DNA from: an uncultured Acidobacteriaceae bacterium
GTDB lineage: Bacteria > Acidobacteriota > Terriglobia > Terriglobales > Acidobacteriaceae
Length of the DNA stretch: 64,000 nt
NCBI GenBank assembly: GCA_963810515.1
Contig: CAWENG010000004.1
Span: 1,162,969-1,226,968, forward strand
Direction of reading: 5' to 3'
Below, one piece after another: positions 43,429 through 54,057 of the stretch. Position 1 is the first letter of the stretch. Each line of letters starts with the position of its first letter. The position numbers were made by a program, and so were the translations under genes. Below the pieces are notes generated by a model, which ran no database searches, was not told the origin of the DNA, and worked only from the letters and a program-made list of their open reading frames with translations.

Positions 43429-44082
43429 TCATTGCGGCTTAAGTCCGGCTTGCTTGTTCGCCTCAGCCATCATTTGTTCGACCTGATCTTTAGCGGCGTA
43501 ATTAGGATTCTCTGCCAGCAGCTTCTTCCAATCGGCCTCTGCGCCCGCAATGTCCCCCTTCCCCTTCCACTTCACCACGCCGCGGTTGAAAAGTGCATTG
43601 GGGCTATTGGGGTCGTAAGTAAGTGCCTTGTTGAATTCCGTAATCGCGGTGTCGGCGTCTCCCTTATACCAATAGGCAGTCGCCATATCGGTCCGCACAG
43701 ACACATCGGCAGGCTTGACCTTGAGAACGCGCCCGTAGAAATCGACAGCGGTCGAATACTCCTTCGCGTCGTAATAGATGTTGCCGATGCTGGTCAGCAG
43801 ATCTGGATTATTGGGATCCGATTTGAGCTTTTCGAGCAGCGGCGCCGCCTGAGCGTCAGCCATTTCTTTCAACCGAGCAGGATTTGCCATCTGGGAAGCT
43901 GATGGATCGCCCTGCGCCGGCGTCGCGGCCGGGGCGGCTTCTTGAGATCCGGCGGTCGCCGGGCTTTGCCCTCCGCGGGCGAACCAGCCGCCAGCGATTC
44001 CCATCAGGAGGCAGATAACCATCAAGGAAATCGCCTGCACGGCTGTCCATTGTTTTTGGGGAGTGGGGATTACGTTATTCAT
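43429..44082 (-). CDS. Membrane-anchored TPR protein (CycH/CcmI/NrfG-like TPR region)
   Basis: N-terminal TM, Ala/Pro linker, LEKLKSDPNN..LTSIGNIYYD, VRTDMATAYW, ALFNRGVV..WKKLL. Confidence 0.8.
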   Translation of the reverse strand: MNNVIPTPQKQWTAVQAISLMVICLLMGIAGGWFARGGQSPATAGSQEAAPAATPAQGDPSASQMANPARLKEMADAQAAPLLEKLKSDPNNPDLLTSIGNIYYDAKEYSTAVDFYGRVLKVKPADVSVRTDMATAYWYKGDADTAITEFNKALTYDPNSPNALFNRGVVKWKGKGDIAGAEADWKKLLAENPNYAAKDQVEQMMAEANKQAGLKPQ

Positions 44083-44842
44083 TGCTCCGGGCTCCATGCG
44101 GCGTTGTTTGGCCGCTCAGCATTGCTTGCACGTCGGCAATCTGCTTTTGCACTATGGCTTTGCGGTCCGCGCTCAATTGCGGATTCGACTTGAGCAATTG
44201 CTGCCAGGCCGCAAGGGCGCCCTTGCCATCCTGTTTTCCCTGCAGTTTGATCATGCCAAGGTTGAACAACGCATCGGCGTATCTTGGGTCATGGGCCAGC
44301 GCCTGGTTCAACTGCGCGATCGCTCCATCGACATCGCCATTGCTGTAAAGGCTGATGGCCAGCTTGTTGTGAAAGACGGCGTTGCCCGGGTCCGCCTGTA
44401 CAGCCCGGTTATAGTAAACGGCCCCCTCAGTGAACTGGTGCATGGAATCGTAAACAGCCCCAATCTGGCCGAGCAGAGCGGCATTGTTTGGGTCGCTCTT
44501 CAATTTCTCGAGCAGAGGTGCTGCCTGCCTGTCGGCTGCCTGTTTCAGATCTGCCAGCGTGTGACCGCCGGAATTCTGGCCCGCGGCGGCTGGTTGTCCG
44601 GCGCCGGCAGCGGGCCGGGCAGTGGATAGAGGCGCGGACGAGTCCGAGCCACGCAACAGATATCCCATTGGCAAGCCCACAATCAGGGCGAGCACTGCCA
44701 TGGCGTAGACATACCTCGGCTCCACTGTCTTGCTTACAGCCGGCGCCGCGCTCGCCTCGTTGGTGATTGCCGGCGGTTCCCCCGTTAGCGTTGCCCCCTC
44801 CTGGACCGGACTTGGATCGGGCTTCTTCTTTAGTTGCAACAT
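44075..44842 (-). CDS. Membrane-anchored TPR protein, paralog of 43429-44082
   Basis: Shares QAAPLLEKLKSDPNN and ALFNLG..WQQLL; GGAG precedes ATG 44842. Confidence 0.8.
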   Translation of the reverse strand: MLQLKKKPDPSPVQEGATLTGEPPAITNEASAAPAVSKTVEPRYVYAMAVLALIVGLPMGYLLRGSDSSAPLSTARPAAGAGQPAAAGQNSGGHTLADLKQAADRQAAPLLEKLKSDPNNAALLGQIGAVYDSMHQFTEGAVYYNRAVQADPGNAVFHNKLAISLYSNGDVDGAIAQLNQALAHDPRYADALFNLGMIKLQGKQDGKGALAAWQQLLKSNPQLSADRKAIVQKQIADVQAMLSGQTTPHGARSNE

Positions 44843-44952
44843 CTCGCTCCAACCACGCTGACTGTACGCCGATCCCAAGTGCGGAAATCGATCTGCGTCC
44901 CCAAATGCAACGTGAACCATGTACAGAAGAGCATCAGGCGCCCCGCGAGAAA

Positions 44953-45151
44953 GTGATCACGATCACATGAACAGGCAAACACGACCGAAAATGAGACGGG
45001 TTATATCGGCGGCGATCAAGGAATTCAATAGGGGGGATAACACAAAAGATGGGCAAGTTTATGCACCAAAGTGACGAATGTCACATAAACACCCTGCACG
45101 AGGGTGATAACTGTCACATCAAGCCAATCGAGAAGGGTGTTCTCAATCACA
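44953..45151. promoter_or_regulatory. Four GTG(A/T)-N6-TCACAT boxes in the divergent promoter of the cytochrome locus
   Basis: Sites start at 44953, 45071, 45104 and 45137; the last three are exactly 33 bp apart. Confidence 0.7.
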
Positions 45152-45334
45152 TCACCGGGTCCTGTATGAGTTTAATCTGCAGTGGACGATCACCGAGGGT
45201 GATCTGTTGGAGTCAAGCTTTGATCCCGAATCCCGGGATGCACGCGGGACCAAAGGTAATAAGGAAACTCCAATCAGGCCCGCCTCAAGGTCAGATCGAT
45301 CGTAAAGAACTACAAGCCAAGGAGGCTTTCATCG

Positions 45335-46215
45335 ATGAAACGTTATTTTCTAGTTCCTATGTTGTTTCTGGCCACCGCGGCGTTCGCGGGAGCCCAGAAG
45401 GGCGCGCCGACGTCTGACGTTCTCGGCGCTCACCTCAACTACGGCCGTGGTTGCGCGGCCTGTCACGCACCTCACAGCGGCGCATGGGGCAACGGCGCCA
45501 ACAAATCCAAGGACAGTACCGCGGGCACTTCGATCCTCTGGGGCCAGGATGTCGGCAGCCTGTTCGGCAAAACGATCGTAACCGGCAGCACGAACGGCTC
45601 AACCGGCTACACAGAAGTCCTGCCGGCGAATATGACGGCCGGGACGCCTGACGTGAACGGCCTGCTCACCTGCCTGAGCTGCCACGACGGCAACTATGCC
45701 ACGGGCGCCATGATGAAGAACCAGGTCTTTGAGTCGCTGCCCGGAACCTACGGAACCTACAACAATATCCCGACCCTGCTCGGAGCCGATGGCGACGGCG
45801 CAGGAAACTATCTCGCCAACCACCCGGTGGGCCTCAATGCCTTTGTAAGCTGCGGCGGCCAATGGAACTGGGATTGCACCGAAACCAATGGCAAAATCAG
45901 CATGACCGGGACAAATTCCGCCGCGTTCGTCAAGAACTACGGATTTTTTGTCAGCCTTTCGGCTTACAACAACACCGCCGTGGTCACGTGCACCACCTGC
46001 CACAACCAGCACTTAATGAACGTGGTCAACGTGACCGACGAGCAAATCAGGCATGTCGCCGCGGCTTCTACCAGACCATGTTCTTCGTTAGCGGTCCGTA
46101 CAACCCGAACGATCAAGTCGCCGGGAGCAACCAGACGGCGCAATTCTGCCGCCAGTGCCATGGTGGCGAAGCGAACGAGTCGAACGGCGCCCTCGCCATT
46201 CCAACCACGATGTAG
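45335..46215 (+). CDS. Secreted tetraheme c-type cytochrome, OmcE-like (copy 1); indel(s) at ~46035-46065
   Basis: CAACH, CLSCHDG and CTTCHNQH in ORF 45335; the C-terminus GPYNP..NQTAQFCRQCHGGE lies in ORF 45862-46215 and is colinear with copy 2. Confidence 0.85.
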
Positions 46216-46244
46216 AACTTTGTTCTAGTCACTTCTCAATGCAC

Positions 46245-46279
46245 GAGGGGAGGGGGCGATCAATTCCCTCCTCTTTTTT
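46245..46279 (+). terminator. Intrinsic terminator-like hairpin after the first gene of the operon
   Basis: GGGGAGGG...CCCTCCTC stem followed by T6. Confidence 0.6.
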
Positions 46280-46299
46280 GCCTGATCCTGAGGTCAACA

Positions 46300-47331
46300 A
46301 TGAATCACAAACTTCCCTATTTGCGTCCTTCCTTCTGCTGGCGCTACTATTGCCGGCGCACAGGTAGCCTCTCATAGCCCCACGGTCTTCACGCCGGCGC
46401 CCGTTGCCGAGGGAGGAATGACGCCACTCACCGCGGTGGGCAAGCCGGTAGCGAGAGTGAACGGTTCGGTGCTGACCGATATCGACCTGGTGCGCGAGGA
46501 ATACTCGATTTTCCCCTATGCTCGCCAGCACAACGGAATTCCCAAAGAGCTTGCGCCGCAGATCCGCAGCGGCGCCCTGAAGATGATCATCTTCGAAGAG
46601 CTGGTTTACCAGGAAGCGCTGCGCCGCAAAATGACGATTCCGGCCGCGAAGATGCAGCGTGCCGAGGCGGATTTCCGCAGACAGTTTTCCACACCGGAGG
46701 AATTCAATCACATTGCTGCAGAGCGAGTTTCAGGCTCGCAGCAGTTGCTCGAGGAGAAGATCCGGCGCTCGCTGCTGATTGAAGCTCTTCTGAAGAAGAA
46801 ATTGAAGATAAAAGCAGCGGTCTCTCCGGCCGAGGTCAGGGCATACTACGATAAGAACCCGGCCCGCTTCCAACATCCGGAATCGTTCACATTCCAGACT
46901 ATCTCCGTTCTGCCTCCGGCGAAAGCCACTGCCGACCAGTTGAAGGAGGGACGCAAGCGGGCCGAGGACGCACTGCGCCAGGCCAAAGCGACGAAGACGG
47001 CCGAAGAGTTCGGGCTGTTGGCGGAGAAGATCTCCGATGACGATTACCGCGTGATGATGGGCCAGCACAAGCCTGTCCCGGTCAACGAATTGGCGCCCCA
47101 GGTGGTTAAGGCGCTGCGCGCCATGAAGCCGGGCGACGTGAGCGATGTGATTCAGATCGAGCAGGCCTACACCATCGTCCGCCTGCAGGCGCACACACCG
47201 GCGGGCAAGACGAAATTTGAAGAAGTGAAGGCGCAACTGGAAAAGGAGCTGCAAGGACAAGAAGGCCGAACCAGCTTCGCGCCGCGCTCGACAAGAAGCT
47301 GCAGCAGAACGCAAAGATCGAAGAGATGTAA
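46300..47331 (+). CDS. SurA/PrsA-like parvulin PPIase chaperone (frameshifted)
   Basis: VARVNG, LVYQEA, EVRAYYDKN..F, FGLLAEKISDD, MKPGDVSDVI; C-terminus LDKKLQQNAKIEEM* in a shifted frame; signal peptide from ATG 46300 is broken by indels. Confidence 0.8.
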
Positions 47332-47371
47332 GAGGCTGCGGAAGGGGACAGGGAAAGAAACCGAGATTCTC

Positions 47372-47579
47372 AACAGCCTGTTTAGAAACTGTGAATGTGA
47401 AGGGGACGGGCTTCAGCCCGTCCGTTGAGAGGGTAAAAGCGGTCCGGCTTTAGCCGCTGAGGGAGTCGGGAGGGCAGAAAAGCGGCCCTCAGGGGCTAAA
47501 GCCCGATATTGCTTGCCATTCGATGTACGGGCTAAAGCCCGTACCCTTCGCACCTGACCCACTTTTTCAACAGGCTGTT
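47372..47579. repeat. ~210-bp nested palindromic REP/REPIN-like element
   Basis: Three nested arm pairs: AACAGCCTGTT/AACAGGCTGTT; GAAGGGGACGGGCTTCAGCCCGT/ACGGGCTAAAGCCCGTACCCTTC; GGCTTTAGCCGCTGAGGG/CCCTCAGGGGCTAAAGCC. Confidence 0.8.
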
Positions 47580-47620
47580 AGAGGCGCGCAAGAACTCTGA
47601 GAAGTTGAGGATGGCATAGA

Positions 47621-49466
47621 GTGACGAGTTCTTTGCGAGTCGCGAGGTGCGTGCTTATTGGGCTTCTGCTGCCGGGATTGCCTGTTGCCGCGCAGGTCCG
47701 GCTCGGCGAGACCAGCACAAACCTGAGCGGCACGGTCTCCTCGGGATATACCGCGGATTACGGGAATATGACCGGTTCCGCCCACGGCTGCTCGGTCGGA
47801 GGCGAGGGCGAACTCTCCGGCTCTTTCTACAATCCCAATTTTCTATCCTTCAATGCCTCCTATTTTCTAAACCAATCGCGGGCGAACTCCAACTTCCAGT
47901 CCATCTCCGATGCCAGCGGCGTCGACCTTTCCACCAACATCTTCGGCGGCAGCCACTTTCCCGGCTCGATCAGTTATTCCAAGGCTTACAACAGCGAAGG
48001 GAACTACGCTGTTCCGGGCCTGGCCAACTATGTGACCCATGGCAACAACGAGACGTTTGCCATCAACTGGAGCGAAACCCTCCCCGGCGTGCCCAGCTTC
48101 TCGGCAGCTTACCAGATGGGCAGTGGCAAGTATTCGGTGTACGGGACCAACGACGAAGGGAGTAACGCATTTCATTCGCTCAACCTGCATTCGGGTTATA
48201 CAGTGGCGGGCTTCAGCATGGGCGGCTACTACAGCAAGGGAGGCGGCCACTCGCTGATTCCGGAGGTTGTGACCGGCGAGGCGAGCGGAAAAAGTACAGT
48301 CAGGTGACACCGCCTACGGATTCAATGTCACCCACCAGCTGCCCCTGCACGGCTCAGTCACGACCGGCATCAGCCGATCCAGAATACAGCACCGATTATC
48401 TGGGATTTCAGCTCCAGCGGAACCATCGACATGATCAACAGCCATGCGTCGCTGCACCCCACCAGCAAGTTGGCCCTCTCGGCGAATGCGAATTACTCCG
48501 ACAATCTGAGCGGACAACTGATCAGTCGGTAGTTGCCGCCGGCGGGGCGGTTCAAGGGCTCAACTCGAACGAGTCGTCAGATTCCCTGGACCTCGAGGCG
48601 GTCGCCAGTTACAGCGTCTGAGCAGAATCTGCAAACCTCAGTCTTTGTCGAGCGCCGCTCCCAGTCTTATCTGGGAGACGGATTACGGAGTGAGATCCTA
48701 CGGCGGAGGCGCCAATTACGCGCGCAAACTTCTTAACGGCAATTTCAACGCCGCGGTGAGCGTGACCGGCAATAACTCGCAATACCAGCAGCGCGAATAC
48801 ATTGGGCTTTTCGACTACCGCAGAACTACTCCAGCCGGGTTCTGGGCTGGAAAGTGAACGGGTCGTTCGGCTATGCGCAGAACGTGCAGACCTTGCTGGT
48901 CACCTACATGAACTCGTTCTACAACTACTCGGGCAACGCAAGCAGGCGCTGGGGAAGTCTAACGTTAGCGGGGCGCCGGCGGCTCGCGGACCGCGTTGAC
49001 CGAGCAAGCCGGGACGGCGAGCAGCAGCCAGAGTTACAACGCCAGCATGGGCTATGGCCCCTGGCTCACAGCCACCGGCAGCTACTCCAAATCAAGCGGG
49101 CAGGCGCTGGCGACTGGGGCGGGCCTGGTGCCAGTGCCGGTGCCCTCGCCCATTCTGCCTTCGAGCCTGGTGAGCCTCTACGGCGGAGACGGTTATTCGC
49201 TTTGGGCTGTCCAGTTCTCCGGTAAAAAGGCTGACAATCGCGCGCCAGCTACGCCAAGTCGATCAGCAATACTACCAGTGACGCAGGCTCGCGTCCAGCG
49301 AACCAGAACGACCAATATCAATGCCCTCATCCAGTATCAGGTCCGCAAGTTGGGCTTCACCAGCGGATACTCCCGGCTGGAGCAGGGCTTCAGCGGCTCC
49401 GGGGCGCCGCCGGAGAGTATATCGTCGTACTACATCGGGGTGTCGCGTTGGTTCAAGTTCTTCTAA
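47621..49466 (+). CDS. Outer-membrane beta-barrel protein (~600 aa, multiple frameshifts)
   Basis: Signal peptide; Y/S/G/N-rich amphipathic strands across ORF pieces 47621, 48304, 48645, 48854 and 48996; ends YYIGVSRWFKFF with a terminal Phe (beta-signal). Confidence 0.75.
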
Positions 49467-50557
49467 GAGCGAAAGCGGCGGCGACGCCTCGGGCGCAGCC
49501 CTGATCCTGGCTGGCGTCGCGCTGCTGCTGAGCTCCGATCTGGGCATCCCCAAAATCCAAGCCCAGGCGGCTGCGCCGGAGAAATGGGAGATGTCGCTGG
49601 AGGGCGGGCGCAAGCTCTCCTGGGAACGCAGTTTCAACTCGGAGTCTCAGGTCAAGCCCGAACCGCGGCTTCTGGAACAAGGTGGTCGACGTCATCGCCG
49701 GCGCGCCCGACTTCCGCTCCATGGTGCGTCCTTACAGCGTTGCCACCGATTCGCGCGGACGAATCATTGTGACCGATCCGGGCGCGGCGGGCGTGCACAT
49801 CTTCGACTTCACGCAGCATAAGTACAAGTTCATCGAGCGCCAGGGCGAAAGCAAGGATCCGATGCTTACGCCGCAATGCGTCGCGGTCGATGCCCAGGAC
49901 AATATTTACGTAACCGATTCGGATGCGGGCGAGATATTCGTCTTCGAGCCGAGCGGAAAGTTTCTGCGCGCCATCGGCAGCCTGAAGGGCGGCGAAGGCT
50001 ACTTCAAACGGCCGACTGGAATCGCCGTGGACTCGGCGGCGCAGCGAATTTACGTCACCGACACGCTGCGCGACGAGGTATTCATCCTCGACATGCAAGG
50101 CAACGTGCTGCAAGACCATCGGCAAGACGGGTGAAGCCGAGGGCGAGTTCAATTTCCCCACCGAACTGCGCCTGGATGGGCCGAACCTGATGGTGGTCGA
50201 TGCCATGAACTTCCGCGTGCAGGTATTTGACCGCTCCGGAACCTTCCAATACGCCATCGGAAAGATCGGCGACAGCACCGGGGCCATGTTCCGGCCGAAG
50301 GCGGTCGGTGTCGACTCGGAAGGCGATCTATACGTGGTGGATGCCTTGTGGGGCGTGGTGCAGGTCTTCAACCGCCAGGGCGCAATTGCTGTATTACTTC
50401 GGTTCGCAAGGGCACGCACGCGGGAGAGTTCCAGTTGCCGGCAGGGTTGTTCATCGACCATGACGACCGGGTTTTTGTAGTGGATTCATTCAACCGCCGC
50501 GTGCAGGTGTTTCAATACTTCGGCCTGAAACAGCCGGCGAAAGAGGGAATGCAATGA
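49448..50557 (+). CDS. NHL-repeat beta-propeller protein 1 (frameshifted, start approximate)
   Basis: RPYSVATDSRGRIIVTD, FKRPTGIAVD, FRPKAVGVDSEG and FQLPAGLFIDHDDRVFVVDSFNRRVQVFQY across four ORF pieces. Confidence 0.8.
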
Positions 50558-52471
50558 AGCTCAGAATATTGCTGGCCGGACTGACGATTCTGCTGACGCG
50601 GAGCCACTCTGCCTGCTCAAATCACAGGCGATGTGATCGGCGTGCACGACCTGGATCCTGGGGCCCGGGCAGGCACACCATCGCCCATCACCGGCGCCCG
50701 TCCCGACTTCTGCGCCTACTGCCACGCGCCGCACTCCGGGCTGAACTCGGGCCTCTGGAACCAGAAGCTCACCACCCAGAACTACACGGTGTACAGCAGC
50801 ACACACTGAAGTGAACGTCACCAGGCAGCCCACGCTCGGCTACTCACAGCAATCAATGCCTGAGCTGCCATGACGGTACCGTGGCGGTTGGGGACACCGT
50901 GGCCTACGGCCAGGTCACCACTCGAGGATCGATGTACGCGGCGGACGTGTTCGGCAGCAACCTGCAGCCATCTCACCCCTTCAGCCTTACGTTGCCTTTG
51001 AAGGACAATATCGACCTGGTCGCCTCGCTGGTGGCGAGCGGCCAGACCGCCGACCCAACTGGAGCCGTGAAGCTGATCAACGGAAACGTCGAGTGCACGT
51101 CCTGCCACAATCCGCACGTGCAGGCCAAAGACCTTGTGTCGCAGAATTTTCTGGTGAAGGACAGCTCCAGCGGCCAGATGTGCCTGGCCTGCCACGATCC
51201 CACCCGGCAAATCGTGGGCAAAGTCAATCCTCTGGCCGATTGGTCGGCCAGCGCGCATGCCACGTCCGCCGACAAGATTTCGCCGCAGGCCTTGCTGGGA
51301 AGCTACCCCACGGTGGCAGCCGATGCCTGCATCTCCTGCCATGCGCCGCACAACGCCAGCGGGACGGCGCGGCTGCTGCGCGGTGCAGAATGAGCAGGAT
51401 TGCATTGCCTGCCACAACGGCGGCGCGAACATCTCTCCGATGGCAGCCTCCAATGCCAACGTGTTTGCCGAGTACGCTACGCCCAAGGTCGGGCATCCAT
51501 TTCCTGCTTCGACCAACCCACACGATTCTGCTGAAAACACACTGCTCAACAACAACCGTCATGCCACCTGCGTTGACTGCCACAATGCACATGGGGACGC
51601 CCAAGTCGGGAGCATTCCCTCCTCCGCCGCTGATCCGCATCTCTCAGAAGGATATCGCGGGCATCAGCGCCACCGACGGGATCACCGTGCTTACCCCCGC
51701 CGTCAATCAATATGAGAACTGCCTGCGCTGCCACGGCACCAGCACCGGCAAGCAGGTGTTGCCGATTTATGGATATTTCCCGGTGCGCGCAGTCTCGGCG
51801 GGCGACCCCCTGAACCTGATTCCGCAGTTTGCGATCACGGCCACCTCCAGCCATCCCGTCATGCATACCAGCAACAGCGCTCTCCCGCAACCCAGCCTGC
51901 TGGCCAACATGTTGAATCTCGACGGCGTCACCCAGGGCCGCGCCATGGGCACCCAGATTTTCTGCACCGATTGCCACAACAGCGACGACAATCGCGAGTT
52001 CGGCGGCGCCGGACCGAACGGTCCTCATGGTTCCAAGTGGACCCACATTCTGGAGCGCCAGCTATGAATTCAGCCAGGCGCCCACACCGGGCCAGCTGAT
52101 CACCAATCTCTTCCCCAATCCCGACACGAGCATAAATGGGCCTTATGCGCTGTGCGGTAAGTGCCACGACATAGCGAATCAAATCCTCCAGAACACCAGC
52201 TGGAAACAGCACAGCAACCACATCAATGCCGGCTTCAGTTGTTCCGTCTGCCACACCGCCCACGGCATGGGCGCTACAAGCGCCAACTATCACCGGCGAA
52301 CGGCTGATCAATTTCGACGTGAATGTCGTGGCCCCAAACGCCACGCTTCCTATTTCTTACAACCGCGCCTCGAATACTTGCGCCCTGGTATGCCACGGCA
52401 CTGCGCACAATCCCGACGGCACGGTTGCGGCCTCTGCCAGCTTGCGCAGGCGAATTGGGGGCAAAAAATAA
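50554..52471 (+). CDS. ~12-heme c-type cytochrome with N-terminal OmcE-like tetraheme module (frameshifted)
   Basis: Read across frames: CAYCH, CLSCH, CTSCH, CLACH, CISCH, CIACH, CVDCH, CLRCH, CTDCH, CGKCH, CSVCH, plus CALVCH (CX3CH); signal peptide MKLRILLAG. Confidence 0.8.
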
Positions 52472-52474
52472 ATT

Positions 52475-54045
52475 ATGCTTAGCATTCGTTCTCGTTTCAT
52501 TCCGTTTTTTGTGCAACATTCTTCTTTTTGGGGAGGTCGTGTGAGACCACTCTTTCATCGCTTCCGATGCCACAACACAGTGGTCTTCCACGGCCACCGC
52601 AAGTTAGCCCTGTACGCCGGTATTCTCTTCGCGCTGGTCGCACTTCTGCCGCGACAAGCTGCAGCCGCGGTTCATCCCGTCCCGCTGGACAAAAACGTCG
52701 ATGCGGCAAAGTGCGCCGAGTGCCACGAGGACAAGACCAAGGGCAAGTTCGTTCATTCCGCCATTGCCACGGGCTGCCTGAGCTGCCATGAGGTTCGGCG
52801 TCACCAAAGACGTTACCCACATCAAGCTAATCACCGCTACTCCGGTCGCACTTTGCATTACATGTCATGCGGACAAGAAAGCGGCTGACATCAAGGGCAC
52901 AGTACATCCGCCCGCGGTACGCGACTGTCTCGCCTGCCACGATCCGCACTCCAGCGATAATAAGAACCAGCTCCTCAAGCCGGAATCGGGCGGGAAAAAG
53001 AGAATCTTTGCCTCGATTGCCACAAGACCGGGCTCAACGTTTCCGACAAGGGGAGCCGGCACGCCGCGCTCGATATGGGCTGCGACACCTGTCACGTCAC
53101 CCACAAGACCGGAGAAGAACCGACAGCCGAAAACCGTTTCCATTTAACCAAGCCCACGCCGGCGCTTTGCGTGGATTGCCATGATATAAAGGATGCCGAC
53201 TTGCAAAAGGCGCATCAGAACCAGCCCTTCGGCACATCCAACTGCCTCGAGTGCCACGATCCTCATCAATCGGACGCTCCCAAATTGATGGCGAAGTTTG
53301 TGCATGCACCGTTTCAGGGAAATGGCTGCGACACGTGCCACGCGCCGGCAAAAGACGGAAAAGTGGTGCTGACGCAACCCGACGTCAAGTCGTCTGTGTG
53401 TCATGTGCCACGACGACAAGGCCAAGCTGATCGATTCGGCCAAGGTGCCCCATCCTGGGGCGGCAGGCGATTGCACCGATTGCCACAACCCGCACGCCAG
53501 CAGCCAGCCCGGATTGCCCAAGACCGACGCGGTGAGTATTTGCCTTGGATGCCACAGCGACATCGAGCGATCTGCGCAAGAAATCCGTCCATCATCAACC
53601 CGCATTCGAACTGGGCTGCGCTACCTGCCACACGCCTCACGGCGGAGAAAACGATCATTTGCTGCGCGCCACGGGCAACGCTCTTTGCCTGGAGTGCCAT
53701 GGTCCGGACTCAGTACCACAGCGGGACGATGCAAATCACCTTCTGACGATCTTCAACGGCACAGTGAAGCTCCCATACGACTACTACACAAAAAACAAGG
53801 TCCCGGTTCTGCCTCTGCGCTTTGGCCTGGGGCACCCGGTCGAAAATCATCCCGTCTCCAACGTGATGGACCCAGCCAATCAAAACAAAGTGAAAACGCC
53901 GCTCAGTTGCCTTTCCTGCCATCAGCCGCATGCCTCCGCCCAGGCCGGACTTCTGGTGAAAGATCAGACCAACAACATGGCGTTTTGCGACATGTGCCAT
54001 AAGAATAGACTTAATATGATGGAGACCACCGTCCCCGCAAACTAA
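52475..54045 (+). CDS. 16-heme cytochrome c3-like (paired CXXCH) periplasmic cytochrome (frameshifted)
   Basis: Read across frames: CAECH, CLSCH, CITCH, CLACH, CLDCH, CDTCH, CVDCH, CLECH, CDTCH, CVMCH, CTDCH, CLGCH, CATCH, CLECH, CLSCH, CDMCH; signal peptide ends QAAAA. Confidence 0.8.
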
Positions 54046-54057
54046 CTGGAGTTTAAA

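Noticed and set aside
45003-45030. Second sigma28 promoter (GCCGATAT on the minus strand) for the TPR genes
   Set aside because: There is no acceptable -35 element at 15-bp spacing.
47621-54045. Calling the locus mtrCAB or a DmsE/MtrA-MtrB pair
   Set aside because: Heme counts (4, ~12, 16), the PPIase and NHL genes, and the gene order do not match decaheme MtrA/MtrB modules.
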